Below are positions 43,141 through 61,125 of a stretch of DNA of 64,000 nucleotides, in pieces. Numbering within the stretch: the first letter of the stretch is position 1; each line of letters begins with the position of its first letter. The translations under genes were made by a program, and so were the position numbers. This stretch comes from the human T2T-CHM13v2.0 reference genome, Homo sapiens. The DNA is taken from assembly GCF_009914755.1 (NCBI RefSeq), contig NC_060942.1; one strand, 5' to 3'. A model generated the notes under the pieces. The model made no database searches. It was not told where the DNA came from and saw only the letters and a program-made list of their open reading frames with translations.

Positions 43141-43402
43141 TTGCCCTCTGCTGGTCTGCAGAATCTGGCTCCAGTTTCTCCAGGATCTATTCTTCTGTAA
43201 TCCACCTGCACCTCATCCAAGTGGACCTAGCACCCCTGTACCTGCCCCAGGTCCAGACCTAGCTTCACGCAGTTCTTCCTCCCCACTGTCTCTGCTTTCA
43301 GCCACTGCGCCTGCCCTCATCATTCAAACTCAAGGAATCCAAACGTCTGTTTCTGCTGCACCTGGATCTAGGGGCTCAAGTCAGTCCACCCTCTAGTGGT
43401 CA
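43141..43402 (-). promoter_or_regulatory. Two co-oriented CTCF-like motifs
   Basis: Minus strand GACCAGCAGAGGGCAA (43141-43156) and TGACCACTAGAGGGTGG (43386-43402). Confidence 0.4.
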
Positions 43403-44409
43403 AGAAGAGAAGTGGCAGCCTCTGCACATCAGCCAGGTCAGACCTTGAGGAGGTCAGCACAGGGAAATGCCAAGTAAGACGTGTCTCCACAAACCCACCT
43501 CCTCTGATTCTAACTGCAGTGTTTCTCCTCTGCTGTTCCTTCCCTGCCTTCCCAGTGGGTGAAGTGTGCTGGGAGAGGGCATGGAGTAAAGACCCCTTGC
43601 TCATTTCTCAACCCTTTTCCTTCTATCTCCACAACTCCTTAAATGTTCACAGCAGATTTGATTGTTTTAAAGGACACAAATTATTCTGCTACAGGACAAG
43701 GGAACTTCAGGATAGCAACCATATCCAAAATTAATAGATTACTATAATTTCTTTTTTATTGGCAAACATTTATTGAGTGTATGTACCAGATTGTGTGTGT
43801 GTTTCCATACGTGTCCTTGCAAGAACACTAGAAGTAATATGATTATCCTCACGTTACAGATGAGAAAACAAATGCCTAGAGAATTTAAGCATCTTTCCCA
43901 ATATGATGTAACCAGTAAATGGTGAACGTGGACTTGACTCAGGTCTGCCGAACCCAAAGCTATTTCCCCTAATTGCTGCACTGCTTCCTCCCATAGACCA
44001 AAGTATACAGGCAATTGCACTTGATTTGCCTTAAAATGCATCTCAGTCTCTTCCAAGCCATTCCTATTTTAGCTCAGGGTGCCTGACACTGCGGCTCACA
44101 GTACTTTAGGACCCCATATCTCCCCCATGATTTCAAGTCAATCTGCTCCTCCTTATCCTCACTCTCACAGCTCCTTTGTACCTTTCCTTATGCAGCAGCG
44201 CAACCCACATTTGTACTTGTCAATCCCAAAAGATACAGTAATTTCAAAGTTTCTGGGGCATTTATGTCTCTGCCTCTCACCTTGACCTTCTCCCCTTCAA
44301 AGCTCACTCAAATTTCCCCAACCAGATTCATTTTTACCTTCTTTGCACTCTTATAACACATTGTTTGTTGTTTTATTTTGCACTTGCATTCTGCTTTATC
44401 TCATAGTTA

Positions 44410-44856
<447 letters not shown>

Positions 44857-44983
44857 TTAAAAATGACCAGTCAGTACTTTCTATTTTCTCTTCCAGAGTC
44901 ATGTTTCCTATAGCCCCTCTAGGAGAATTATCCCTAAATTGTCTCTTCACAAATCTGTTACAACTCAGTTGCTCCAGGCTCCA

Positions 44984-45111
44984 TGTAATTCCAGCTCCTT
45001 GGGAGCCTGAGGTGGGAGAATCGCTTGAGCCCAGGAGGTAGAGGTTGCAGTGACCCACTGTGCTCTAGTCTGGGCTGGGCAACAGAGTGAGACTTTGTCT
45101 TAAAAAAAAAA
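44984..45111 (+). mobile_element. Duplicated Alu right-arm fragment
   Basis: TGTAATTCCAGCT...GAGGTAGAGGTTGCAGTGA...GAGTGAGACT, followed by the same unique flank as the Alu at 44560. Confidence 0.85.
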
Positions 45112-45118
45112 TCATTTA

Positions 45119-45699
<581 letters not shown>

Positions 45700-45993
45700 A
45701 AAAAAAAAATCATTTAAAATGACCAGTTGGGACTTTCTATTCTCTCTTTCAGAGTCGTGTTTCCTGTAGCCCCTCTAGGGAAATTCTCTCTAAATTGTCT
45801 CTTCACAAGTCTATTACAACCCAGTTGATCCAGCTCTGTCAGTGTGAGATTTAGGATTATTTTCCAAATTCATTTAAAACAGAGATTAGAGAAGGGGATG
45901 GGTGTGGGTAGGGTAAATGGTTATGACATGTCATGAGAGTTCTCACTCTTGGTTTTAAGGAATATAGACTTCCCAATGCCAATCTTCACCTTA

Positions 45994-46580
<587 letters not shown>

Positions 46581-47059
46581 CTAGGACGCTTGTTGACACA
46601 GAATTGGATTCCACAACCTGCAGCGGTTCTTTATCTAGATGCCATTTATTTTCTGAGTGTTTACCTCCATGGGTAAGCTAAAAAGATAACCAAGAAATTG
46701 TGTGTTCTCCCTTTTGGGAGAAGAAAAACAGTAATGATAGCTATTATTATGAAGCATTATTGTGTATGTCAGCAATGAGATGATATTCAGTACAGTAATG
46801 TGTATAAATCACTATATTAGGTGCTTTGCAAACATTCTCTCAATTCTCCCAGCCACCTAATTGGGTGCAGGGGGTATTGTTATCCTCAGTTCACAGTTGT
46901 GGAAATTGAGGCTCAGAGATATTAATGCAAGTCACCCAGGATTATGCTTCCAGTGAACTTCAAGGCCTGGCTGTGTCCCGTTGGTCGTCTATGTTGCCTT
47001 TCCCCATGTGGCATATTCCTTTTTCTGTTCCAGTGTCCTCCCCAACCCAAGTGCCTCAG

Positions 47060-47500
47060 ATGATCCTAACTAGTTATGCAGTAACCTGTGGTGGTCCCAT
47101 TTCTTGTGCTCATGATTGGTTTAAGGATCGGGATGTGACCAGTATTGGACAATGAGAGATGAGAGGAAGTCGGCTGGAAGGCTTCTAGAAAAAGCATTCC
47201 TCACTATCAAAAAGAGATGCGCAAAGCGGCAGCTTCTCTTCTGCTGCTGGATGTTACCGAATCTGCATATGATAGTAGGATGACGGCAGCCACCTTGTAG
47301 CAAAGAGCAGAGTTTCCTCCAAGAGAACATTCTACGGGGAGAAGAGGAGACAGCACCAATGACATCACTTTGCCTGAGTTCACAAACCCTACAGGTGCTC
47401 CCACCCCCTACATTTTTCCTTGTGTGAGATAATAAATTCCTTATTATTTAAGCCATTTTGTGTTGCCTTCTGCTATTTGCTGCTGAAATCATCTCGATAT
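47060..47500 (+). mobile_element. Old MLT1 (J-like) LTR
   Basis: TGATTGGTTTAAGGAT...GGCAGCCACCTTG...GTGAGATAATAAATTCCTTATTATTTAAGCCA. Confidence 0.6.
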
Positions 47501-47639
47501 GCCTTTTCTACCAATATGCTTTGATTTTCCACAGTAAGACCAGTTTTTAGACATCGTATTATTAGAAATAACCTCAGATTCACTGCTATACAGAGTTTCA
47601 AAGTTCCAACAGAGAGAAACAACATTTTGCGTGTTTTCT

Positions 47640-48915
<1,276 letters not shown>

Positions 48916-49679
48916 GCATAGTATCCCTTGAAACACAAAAAAGAATCAGCGTTTCTCTTTGGAGGATTCTCTAAAGAATATGGAGCCCATCCATTCTTCA
49001 AATACTGTAAAATCTATCCCTGAATTAAGTCAGATCACCAGAGACAGACACCTACTTTGCTTCGTGTACCCCATCATATTTTTTCATTCATTCACTCACT
49101 GGGCACATATGTGCTGAGCCCCCGCCACGGGCAAAGCTATGCTAAGCAATTTTACTAAATTGTGTGTTGCCTCTAGTGTGAGGAAAATCAAAAGAACTGA
49201 CCCTGTGCCACTTGTTGCTGGGTTCACGGTATGGATGTTGCCAGTCATGTTGTCCCTAAAGAGTATTTTAGCATATCCCAATTATGAAGACTGATGAGAG
49301 AAATTTCCCTCTGGTCTCCTATCAGGGATATTTGTGCTTCTTCCTTAGTCACTGATCATGTTTAATGCACGTCTTATAACTGGTCATTCCTTCCTTCTCA
49401 CCATGGCTGCTGGGATTGCCATGGGCCATCCTGACATGCTTTCCAAGGGAATGAACTCAGTCCCCACTCCATCTTAACTTCCTAATCTTGTTTTTCCTTT
49501 GCCTTCTTAAAGAGCTACTTTTAAATTTTATTTTATCTTCCTTCATTTTAGCCATTTTTAATACTGCCTTAAATCCTTTTTAAAACAATAAAAAAGAAAA
49601 CCAATGAATCATCAAACATTATCACTCACTATCATTGTGTAGGCCCCAATACAAAATGGAAATGGAGGGTGCCTTTCCA

Positions 49680-49795
49680 AAAGTTATTAAGAATTTCAAG
49701 ATGATAACAGCAGAGCATTAAACCACACGTTGGACCCTTCTGAGTATGGGACCTTGTGTGATTGTACAGGTCACATGCCCATGAAGCCAGGTCTG
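49680..49795 (-). mobile_element. MER45A-like (hAT-Tip100)
   Basis: TTATTAAGAATTTCAAGATG...AGCAGAGCATTAAACCA...GGTCACATGCCCATGAAGCC. Confidence 0.7.
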
Positions 49796-50681
49796 CCAAC
49801 TATTGTCATCTGGGGAACAGACACAAGTTATTTTTCCATTTAGTAATTGAACATTGTGTCTGTTCATCTTTTAAAGCGTTTTCAAGAGCTATTCATAGCT
49901 GGTGAGCATTGGGCACACCTTGGTGTTAGAGAATACAGAGGCAGAGAGATGGGAAAATTAAAATGACTTCAGGGATTGTATTGATCTAAAATTGATCATT
50001 TCTATGAGCTTCTGATGGTCAACTTCTTGGTTCATGTACCTCTGGTTCATCTTTGCATTTTCCCACAGTTCTAGCACAATGCTGTCACATAATAGGAACT
50101 CAAACCCTGGTTGTGTGGTTGGCTAGCTGGGTGGTGACGGTTGGACATACATGAGCCATATTTAGGAAATAGAAAATAAGGTTAAAAAAGTTCTTTGGGT
50201 TTCAACTTAAGGAGGTGTAGAGTGGTGGACTTAAGTTTGGTAGAAATGAAAAGGAGGATTGTTCTTGAGCAAAAGGATGATTTAGAAAAGCTGACCTGGC
50301 CCTGGTATGAAAGATGAGTTGGAGAGCAGCTACTAGAGGCAAAGCATGCAGCTAGAAAGTCATTACCCCAGTTCCCATGAGGTGATTAGACTAGAATTAG
50401 ACTGGGTAGCAGTAACAGTGTGATCATCACAATAGTAGTACCTACTTCTTTACATTTTCACATCTTTTCACATCGCTGTTTCATTTGCTCTTTTGATAAT
50501 CCTGCTTGGAAAGTATTATTGCATTTTATAGAATTGCAAATTGATTCTCGGAAAGTGTGAATGATTTCCCAGGTGGGAGTAATTAACGAGCACAGCCAGG
50601 TCAGGTCTGCATGGGCAAGTCTTTTTCTCCTCCACCCTGACCGCACATTCCAGTTGCTGGATGAACTTTCAAACAATGAGG

Positions 50682-50795
50682 TGTCTAGACGTCACCCCCA
50701 GATATTCTGATTTAATTGGTCTTGGGTGAAATCCAGGTAAGGGAGTTTTTCAAAACTTCCTGGGACTCTCAACTGCAGCCAGGTGGAGAACCTGT
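50682..50795. mobile_element. MER5A-like fragment
   Basis: CCCCAGATATTCTGATTTAATTGGTCT...GCAGCCAGGTGGAGAACC. Confidence 0.65.
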
Positions 50796-51904
50796 GGGCT
50801 GTGGCACAGCCTGGCTGTAAGGCAGGGCCTGAAAGCCAGAGACCATGGGAAGGCAGAATTGATGAGACTTGACATTGAACTGCGGAGAGACGCCAAGGCA
50901 ATGAGGTTTTTAGCCTCAGGGACTAACTACCTCTTTAACCTCATCTTTAACGAGACCAGGATGGAAACACATATGACTGGGAGCAGCTGCATTCGGGATT
51001 GGAATAAAAGGAAAATTGCTGCTTTCAATGTGATCAAAAACAGGCATCCATCCCACAGTTGGTAAACAGTGTGGGTATGTGTACGACAAATGTGTGTTCT
51101 TCAGTGGGGGCTGGAGGTGGCAAACCCTAAAGGTAGTGATATGGACAATGCTTCCCCTGAAGTGTCCCACAGACTTCTATCCAGTGGTGCTAAATTCTGT
51201 CCTTGGAAACATTCCATGAGATTGTTTGCCTCTTGGGTTTCCACATCTACACCCAGATTCATGGCCCATGGGGAAAAAACCTGGGTGATGTCAACCACAG
51301 CAGGGCCGTTCTTGAGATTGAAGGCAGGATGGCTGGAAGGGAAGATGGATTTAAGAGACAAAGTATTTTAGTTGCTGGTAGCATATGCAGGTGCAGAAGA
51401 CCAGCAAACCATTGGCGGTGTGAGACTGAATCACTGGGTTGCATCTTAAACAATTCAGTAGAAATTGATTAACATCTTAGATATGGGGGAGATCAATAAG
51501 CAACTCAGTAATGAAAGAGAAGAGGTTCAAGGACCAAACAGGAGAGACGGCTGTCCTTAGGGGTTTGAGTGAGAAAGAGGATGCACACAGGGTACTTTAC
51601 TTTTGAGTACCACCACCTTTCCTGATCATCTCCCACTGATTTCTTACTTGTACCATTGAGGTAAATCACTGAGACTGTCCCTAGGCCCTGAGCATGATCT
51701 TCACTTTTCCATCTCCTTGTTCTTTTTCCTGAAATGTTACTTCTCTTCTCCATATGCACATGTGGGGTCAGTCCTCTGGAAGACCCATCTCCAATGCCCC
51801 CCTCTTCTTTGGAGAAATTTCTGCTGTCTATCCCCCTGTGTGGATATTTCACCTGTTCCTTCTTTAACCCTCATTGTACTTCTCTGTGAAGATCTTACAC
51901 ACTG

Positions 51905-52282
51905 CAACAGTTGTCTGTTGCTGTATAACAAATTAGTTCCAAATTTACCAGCTTAAAAGAGTCAAACATTTATCATCTCTCACAGTTCCTTGGGGGTTAG
52001 GAAGCAGGGAGTGGCTTAGCTAGGTGGTTCTGGCTCAGGGCCTTTCATGAGGTTGCTTAGGTGTCAGCTGAGGCCACCCTCTTCTGAAGGCTTGACTGGG
52101 ACTGGGTGACCTGCTCTCAAGATTGTTCACTCACATGGCTGCTGGAAGGATGCCACTGCTCCTCACTGGCCTGACCAGAAGGCTTCAGCTCTTTGCCACA
52201 TGAGCCCCTCCACAGGTTTGCCTGAATATCCTCACAGCATGGCAGCTGGCTTCCCCCTGAGAATCTGATGAGAGACAGAGAC

Positions 52283-52321
<39 letters not shown>

Positions 52322-52662
52322 CAGGAAGCCATTTGTCTTTTATGACCTAGTCTCCAAAGTTGCCAAAGTTGCACATCAATATTTCCTCTTTATTCTATTT
52401 GTTAGAAGTGTGTCACTAAGAGTGGCCCACATTCAAGAAAAAGGGAATTGTCTCCAGCTTTGGAAGGGAAGGTATTAAAGAATTTGTGCACATATAAATG
52501 ATCCGCAATTTATTATTGTTCCATTTATGATTTTTTTGACCTCACAATGAGTTTACGGGGTATTAAATGCATTTTGACTTATAATATTTTTGACTTAAAG
52601 TGGATTTATTGGGGCATAACCCCTTTTAAGTTGAGGAACATCTGTATTTAAAACCACCACAT
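51905..52662 (-). mobile_element. MLT1F/G-like LTR with (GA)n and a MER47-like insert at ~52500-52645
   Basis: TTGCTGTATAACAAATT...GGCTTAGCTAGGTGGTTCTGGCTCAGG; (GA)14 at ~52291; GTATTAAATGCATTTTGACTTA...GAGGAACATCTGTA. Confidence 0.7.
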
Positions 52663-54725
52663 TCACTTGCCATAATCTTCCCTACATTCAAACTCTTGTC
52701 TTTTAATTCAAGACAAGGCTTATTTGGTAAGCCTTTATGGAGCACCTGTCAGGTGCATTGCATTGTGATAGATAAAAATAACAGGGAGAACCTTCACTTA
52801 ATTCTACAAATAGCAAAGAGAGACAAGTAAGTAGGTATTGCTATACAATGCAGTAAGTACTGTAAGAGGGAAATAAGAAAGCACAATGGGAGAACAGAGA
52901 TAGAAGTAGCTAAATATAAGGGAGTCAGGAAAGGTTTTGTGTGGAATGTTTCACCTTTGTTGTTTCTGCATACTCAGCACCCTTTCCCCTGTCTTCTGGT
53001 AATACAGTGCCTCTTTTTATATCATTTGAAGGAGCCCTTCCAATTACACATATGCCCTGGACATAGTGTCTCTCTGCCATAGACACTGGTTCAAGGATGG
53101 GTACATGACACAAGCTAGGCGAATGCAAACCATTCCCCAGAGACTTCTGCTGGAACTCATGGAAGAGTTCCTCTCTTCTTCTGAGATAGGGGCAAGCCTG
53201 GCGGAGCTGCCAGCAAGCATCCTTACTGTGACCTGGAGAGACTGACATCCACATGGAGGGAAGTAGAGCTGGAGAAGCCTGCCCTGATGACCTTACCAGC
53301 TCTGGGATTCTCTGAAGCCACAGCACCTCTGCATTTAGTTATTCTTATTTGCTAAAGGCTACTTTGAGATCAATGACTGTCAGTGTTATTCAACAGAGGC
53401 CTGACTCCTAGAGGAGGTTGTATGGAGCTGGGTCTTGCAGACCAAGCAGAAGTTTGTCAGATATAAGTAAAAACAGGCTTCAGAGGCATGTCAGAAAGAA
53501 AAGAAGGTGCAAAAACATAGAGTCATGTGATCTAGAGCCCAGGAGAAGTCCTGCACAGCTAGTGCAGGGGCTGCCTGGCTGGACAGTGAGAGGGAAGAGC
53601 AGAGGAACCTGGATGGCGAAGGAGCCTTGAACCCCAAACACTGGAAAGGTCAGGTGTCTGAGTCAGGGTCAGAGGGGATGCCTCTTTTTCTAGCCACAAT
53701 ATTCTATAACATTCAATCTCTGCTTCAGGAGGGCAGGATAAATAAATGTTGTATATTTAGATTGTTGTGTTTGCTTATTTTAAATTAGAAAGCACTTTGG
53801 ATTATATATAGCAGAGTAGTGCAGTGGCTTAAAAATTTGGGGGTCACACAAGGGATGAGACGGTGCCCAGAAAAACATGATCTGTAACATTAGATCAGAA
53901 TCATCTGTTAAGGTGGGCATCCCAGAGTACATTAAAAAGGGTATTGCATTCCTATAAGTAGAAGGAGAGGAAATAGGACCCCCACTCTGAGTGGAAGACC
54001 TGACAGCTACAAATTATCAGCCAAACCTCTGGATATCCTTCTCTGGGTCCCACTGACCCCTTGCTAAAGAGACAAAAGCTCTTGGCAGCCTGGTCATGGC
54101 ACCCACCTTCCAGATTCATGGAGAGTGGTCCTGCTCTCCGTGTTTCTGACCTCAAAGCCAGAGTTTGAGGTCTCAGCCTGCCCTTTCCTCTCGCCAATCT
54201 TAACCTCTCTGGCTAGGGTAAGAAGAGGAAAGCACAATGAAGCCATTGCTCAGAGAAGCCACTGTTCTGCCTTTGTTCTCCCTTCTTCCTAACTAGCTTC
54301 AGAATAAGGCTGTCTCCTACCAAGCAAAATCAGAGGTCCTTGATGTGAGCCTTGGAATTCAAACCCAGTGCAAGCTCTTTCAGATCACAGATCTCATCAC
54401 ATGTTTACTGCCTACCTCAAGTAGATTCTCAATGAATGCTTAAAGTTTCGAATTTTAAGAATTCAAACCTTTTGCTTCAAGGGAGCAAGTAATGAGGTCC
54501 TGGTATGTGAAGGTGTGGCCAACACTTCTAAATACAGTGCAGGTAAGGGGAGAGCCAGCACTGCCTCAAAGAAATACCAGCATTGAGAGAAGATTTTCTA
54601 AGGTCAAATATGTTTATATACTGAGAAGCGGGGAGATACTGTAAAGTTACGAAAGAAGCCTAGGAATATTTGACCAATATATTTAATTTAATACCTGTCT
54701 GTATTCATTTAAGAATTTACATTTA

Positions 54726-56000
<1,275 letters not shown>

Positions 56001-56361
56001 GTAATTTTTCCCTTCACTTTCTTTTGTTCCTATCTTTCATCATTTTATTTATTTTATTGGTCTTTTACACTCAGTTAACCCCATATTCCATCAAACTTGT
56101 TGCCTGACCAAAATGGTTTAAAAAGGTTTTTGCTTCTAAGGAGCTTTTAATAGGTTATGAAACATGTTTATAGACAAGAAGTAAGCAGAAAAATGTTTTT
56201 CTTATCCTCTTCAGAATCCAACATTTCAACAATAAATATGTTTAATATGGGTGACTTCTATCTTGCTTTTTAAACAAAGACAAATGGTTTGTAATTATCG
56301 TCCTTCCTTTTTGTATTTTAACTTTAATATATATATTTTTTGCTTAGTTTAGTCTATTTAA

Positions 56362-56731
<370 letters not shown>

Positions 56732-59700
56732 TAATTCTTACATTTTCAGTGACTCCACACTCATAAGCCCTGTTCCTTACCAATGATTTTCTCTAGAATA
56801 CCAACTGTTTAATATTCAGGATTAATTCCTCAGTAAACAAGCCAGAGTTATGAGCAATTGAAGAAAACTTCCTAACTCCAGGAAGAAGTCTGCCATCACC
56901 ATTGGCACACTTGCTGGAAATTTGAACAGTGTGGAAACCTCAGAAATATTTCCAATTTGCAGAAGTGTGTTCATCAAGTTCAAGGGCAAAACTAGTGAAA
57001 GGAAAGTTTTGCTACCATAGTTTTCTCTTGCACCTCTTCTTTAGGGGTGGAGAAGAGGAGAACTTTCTCCATCTGTCCACAAAGATTTGAATCCTTTCAC
57101 AAAAGAAAGGATGCAGTTTTGCTGAAAGCATTCATAGTTAATTCAATGTAACCAAAATCATTTACCTTTAACCTCTTCAGCACCAGGAACAATGATAAAT
57201 GTCCCCTCCCCACTGCCTCCCTTAATTTTGTTCCTACCATGGAACTAATTGCATTAAAGTTCACACACACAAAAAAAATGCTTGTTGGAGGGTATGATTC
57301 AATGTTTTGTTCTTCAAGGCCTAGCACAGTACCTAGAACATAGTTTACACTTAATAAGTGTTATATGAAATGAAATGAAATCGAATGAAATTGAATCTAA
57401 CTAAAATGAAGGTATAAAGAAAAATCTATGGGAGTAACAGAGGAAAGCAATTTCTAATTCGCCTGGGGTGCACTAGGAAAAGATGAAACAAAAATAATAC
57501 TAAATTTGTTTTGAGTTATGCAAACCATTTGGACAATACAATTTAATTGCATGGAGCAAACATGTATTTAATTGTAATAATAAATATTTACACATTTTTA
57601 CACAGCATTTTAATCTTCAAAACCCTTCCAGGCACTAAATAATTGAATTTTCTAGACTATATTCTTCAAAAAATCATCCACATTGATTTAATGGTCCCAA
57701 CAGAGTAGTTAAATGAAAATATCAACAAATTAAATTAGCACAAAGCTCAAAATTTCTCTCCACATTATTCAGACCACCCACCTTCTCCCCCAGAGGTGGT
57801 ACCAAGAGAAAATAGATGATCCCAACTCTATTTCCAACAAATGGGGACCACCGTGTCAATATGGACACCAGCATCATCTTACCACGTGCATGACAGACAC
57901 AATCTAACAAGACACACAGATCGTCTAGGCCCTAAAGCGAAAAGCAGCAGTTTCCCAAGCTCCATATTGGCTATTCTTTTCTACTCACTAGAGTAGAGTC
58001 CCTTCTTCCCTAGTAAACTAAAGAACTTCTAGAACTAATGTTTGTCTCTAAAGAGACAAGCCTCTGATTATATAAAGAGAAGTTTCTACACTGGCATATA
58101 TCTGTGCTGTGATATATGCATCTGTAAAAAGATGTTTAATGGGACTTTTCTTGTCACATATTTTGAGTACAGCCCCAATGCTGAGAACCATCAGAGAAAA
58201 ATTCCTGAAGTCCACCTTCAGCTTATGTAAGAAAGGCCAGTGATAGAAAAGAGCAATTAGAGAATGTTATCAAGCACCCAGTTTGAGAGCTTCTTCCTCC
58301 CACCCTGAGCCGGAAGTGGGAGGCCCCAAGAGACCCCTTCCCAGAGGCCAGAGAGGGCATTTTGAAGAAGACGTCGGAAGGACAAGAAAAGGGAGAAGAA
58401 GAGTGAAGGAAGTGGCCCCTCCCACTGTGTCTCTGAGCCAAGGTGAGGCCAGGGGTGGGGAGGGAAGAAGCTCTGGATGGAATGAGAGATTGAAGTTTTG
58501 ATTTAGACTCGAGGAGACATTTTAGCTCCTGAAAGTGAATCACAGCACCTCAGATTGTTCTTACAACTGAGAGCCATTCAAAAGCAATGAGACCTTCCTA
58601 AAGTGCTATCCTGGGTCAGGGAACACAGATTGGACAAAGCCATGAAGAGAAAAATAAATAATTCTGTATCACTTTTGTATCCACTGAGATCATCCCACTT
58701 AATTAGCCAGTTACATTTCCTTAAAATATAGCCTCATTTGTCCTAACATGGCCAAAATAAATATAACAGAATAGTCTATTATCTTAGCAGTCATAATGAC
58801 CGAATTGGCTTAACCACATAGCAATCCAAATAATTGTGCAAAAATCAACCTTAATTATTGTTGAAAAGTCTAAACAACCACACCGCACAAAGACTGACTG
58901 GATGAATGGCTATGTATACCTGCAGCTTTAAACTTGTCTCCTTTTTTTTTCATAATATAACCACCAATAAAACTGAATTATGAAATTTAGATCATGCTGT
59001 TACTAACATGACAGACATTATTACTTGTCTGGGTAATCAAAACCTGGCAGACATTCAGCGTCATTGTTGTTTTAAACAAATACTTTGAATTTTCTACTCA
59101 GAAACAGGCTAAGGGTCTAATCTGGAAGATTAATAAGGACAAAGTTTAGCTGGGGAAACAAATTTAGGCTAACACTTCAAATGTCCCAAGCTTAAACTAC
59201 TTTTTGAGAGGACAAGCTTCTTAAGTGATGTATTCCAATCCCTCAGGTTACTGTGAGAATGACCTCTTGATTTTGAATCACTGAGAGACCCAGGATTCAT
59301 TCATCACCCACAAAGAACCTGGAAGCCCTTTTTTTCACTAGGAACTACTTTCATTTTTACCTTTTGGAAAGGTCTGTAACCCTGACCGAAAGAAAATAAA
59401 TAAACTGATCAGGAGATGACTACCTAGATTAATAAAATTTGGAATGTTTTGCAATTGTATGATAATGACGGTATTTGCAATAATAAAACGGCTCGCAATT
59501 TGAATTTACAATCCCTAGTTACTCCACAAAGCATTAGTGTTTTAGATGCAAGATTGGCTATTAACAAGGCTTCTGCCCAGCTCCTGTATGAGGATTCTGT
59601 TATGGGTAAACTGGAGACAAAATGGGAGTTTTAATATGATTATGGGTCAGTGGTTTTTGAATTGTTAATGTGCAGAAGACCCCAGAGGAATATGCTGAAT

Positions 59701-60489
59701 ATATAGTCGATGAAAGACACAATTAAATAAACAAAAAGCAATTTACAAGCTGGAAAACATTTTTAGTTCTCATGGAGCATTATAACACATGTCCTCTAGC
59801 AACCAAATTAACAGGGCTGAGCTGACACCACAGAAAACAGGCAAGTAAATTAATTTCGCTTCATAGGCCCAGAACCTGAAAGAAAATGGCTTGTGGGAAA
59901 GCATTTCAAAATGGAAAATATGAATCATGAGGTGAGACACATGATTTCTGGGGGCATGGAAACTCCTTAGAACAAGACTCATCCTAGTGACATTAACATG
60001 AAGATGAAATTTATTTATGTGTTTATTCATATGTCTACTGCACCTTGTCCATTACCAAAAAAGATTCACAATGAATGAGAAAATCCTAGTGGCTGAGGGG
60101 GATATTTTCAGTCTGGATTGGGCAGTGTTTTGCACCTATCTGAAAATCCTTCGTACTAAGCACAGCACCTGTGGTCATGTGAGGTGGCTTACCTGCAGCT
60201 TCATGTTTGCAGTTCAAGGGTGACCTTGGCAATGGGAACCAACCTCCCTATTTTCTTGACTGTTAGCTCTATCGTTGCTCATCTAGACCACTAATTTGTC
60301 ACCCTAAGACGCCCATCTGGTAGCAGCAATCCAGAAGAGAAAGACAGCCCCCCATCAATGCAATTGCACACACACTGTGGAGACCCCAAGAAGAAACACA
60401 CACACCTCCCCCTGGTCCCAGCTGAGATGTAATGGGTTACAAAACTTGGCAGAAATGAACCTCAGAGGTTCTCAGATTCTCTGACTTTT

Positions 60490-61125
60490 CAATACCAAGT
60501 TGGTGTCCAAAAGTCATATTCAATTCTGACACAAACCACCCAGAGTCAGCATCAGACTCCGCAGGTTTAAGGATTCAGTCCCAAAAGACTGTCCTCACCT
60601 CAAATACCAATCACAAATGGAATGTTGTGGCTTTGCTACAGTTCTGTCTGGCTTTGCTACAAATGTGCAGGGTTTTAGGTGGCCCCTGCTTTCAGGTTCC
60701 ATAATTTGTGAGAATGACTCACGGAACTCAGGAAAATGCTAACCTTACCAATATAGTTTCTTATAAGGATAAAATGAACAGCCAGATGAACAGGTGCACA
60801 GGGTGAGGTCTGAAAGGGTCCCTAGCTGGGGAGCCTCTGTCCCCATGGAGTCAGGATGCAACACCTCCTTGGAGGCTGGGGAATAGGGCTGAAAGTTCCA
60901 ACTTCTAATCAAGGCTTAGCCTTTCTGGCAGCCAGTTCCCATCTAGGAGCCACCAAGAATTATGTCATCAACATAAACTCAGGTATGTTTGAAAGAGGCT
61001 CCTTATGAATAACACAAGAGATTCCTATCACCACTGTCACCCAGTAAATCCCAAGGGTTTTAAGAGCTCAGTGCCAGGAACCCAGAGCAAAGACCAAATA
61101 TCTATTTCTTGTTATACCACACAGG
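60490..61125 (-). mobile_element. MER21-family LTR
   Basis: CAATTCTGACACAAACCACCCAGAG...GAATGACTCACGGAACTCAGG...CCCAAGGGTTTTAAGAGCTCAGTGCCAGGAA. Confidence 0.7.

Noticed and set aside
42827-43396. 189-aa Ser/Pro-rich ORF
   Set aside because: GTG start; composition explained by C/T-rich sequence; no recognisable family
50859-51472. Cluster of overlapping ORFs in unique sequence, considered as an exon or processed pseudogene
   Set aside because: No translation resembles a protein I recognise; no poly-A or TSD
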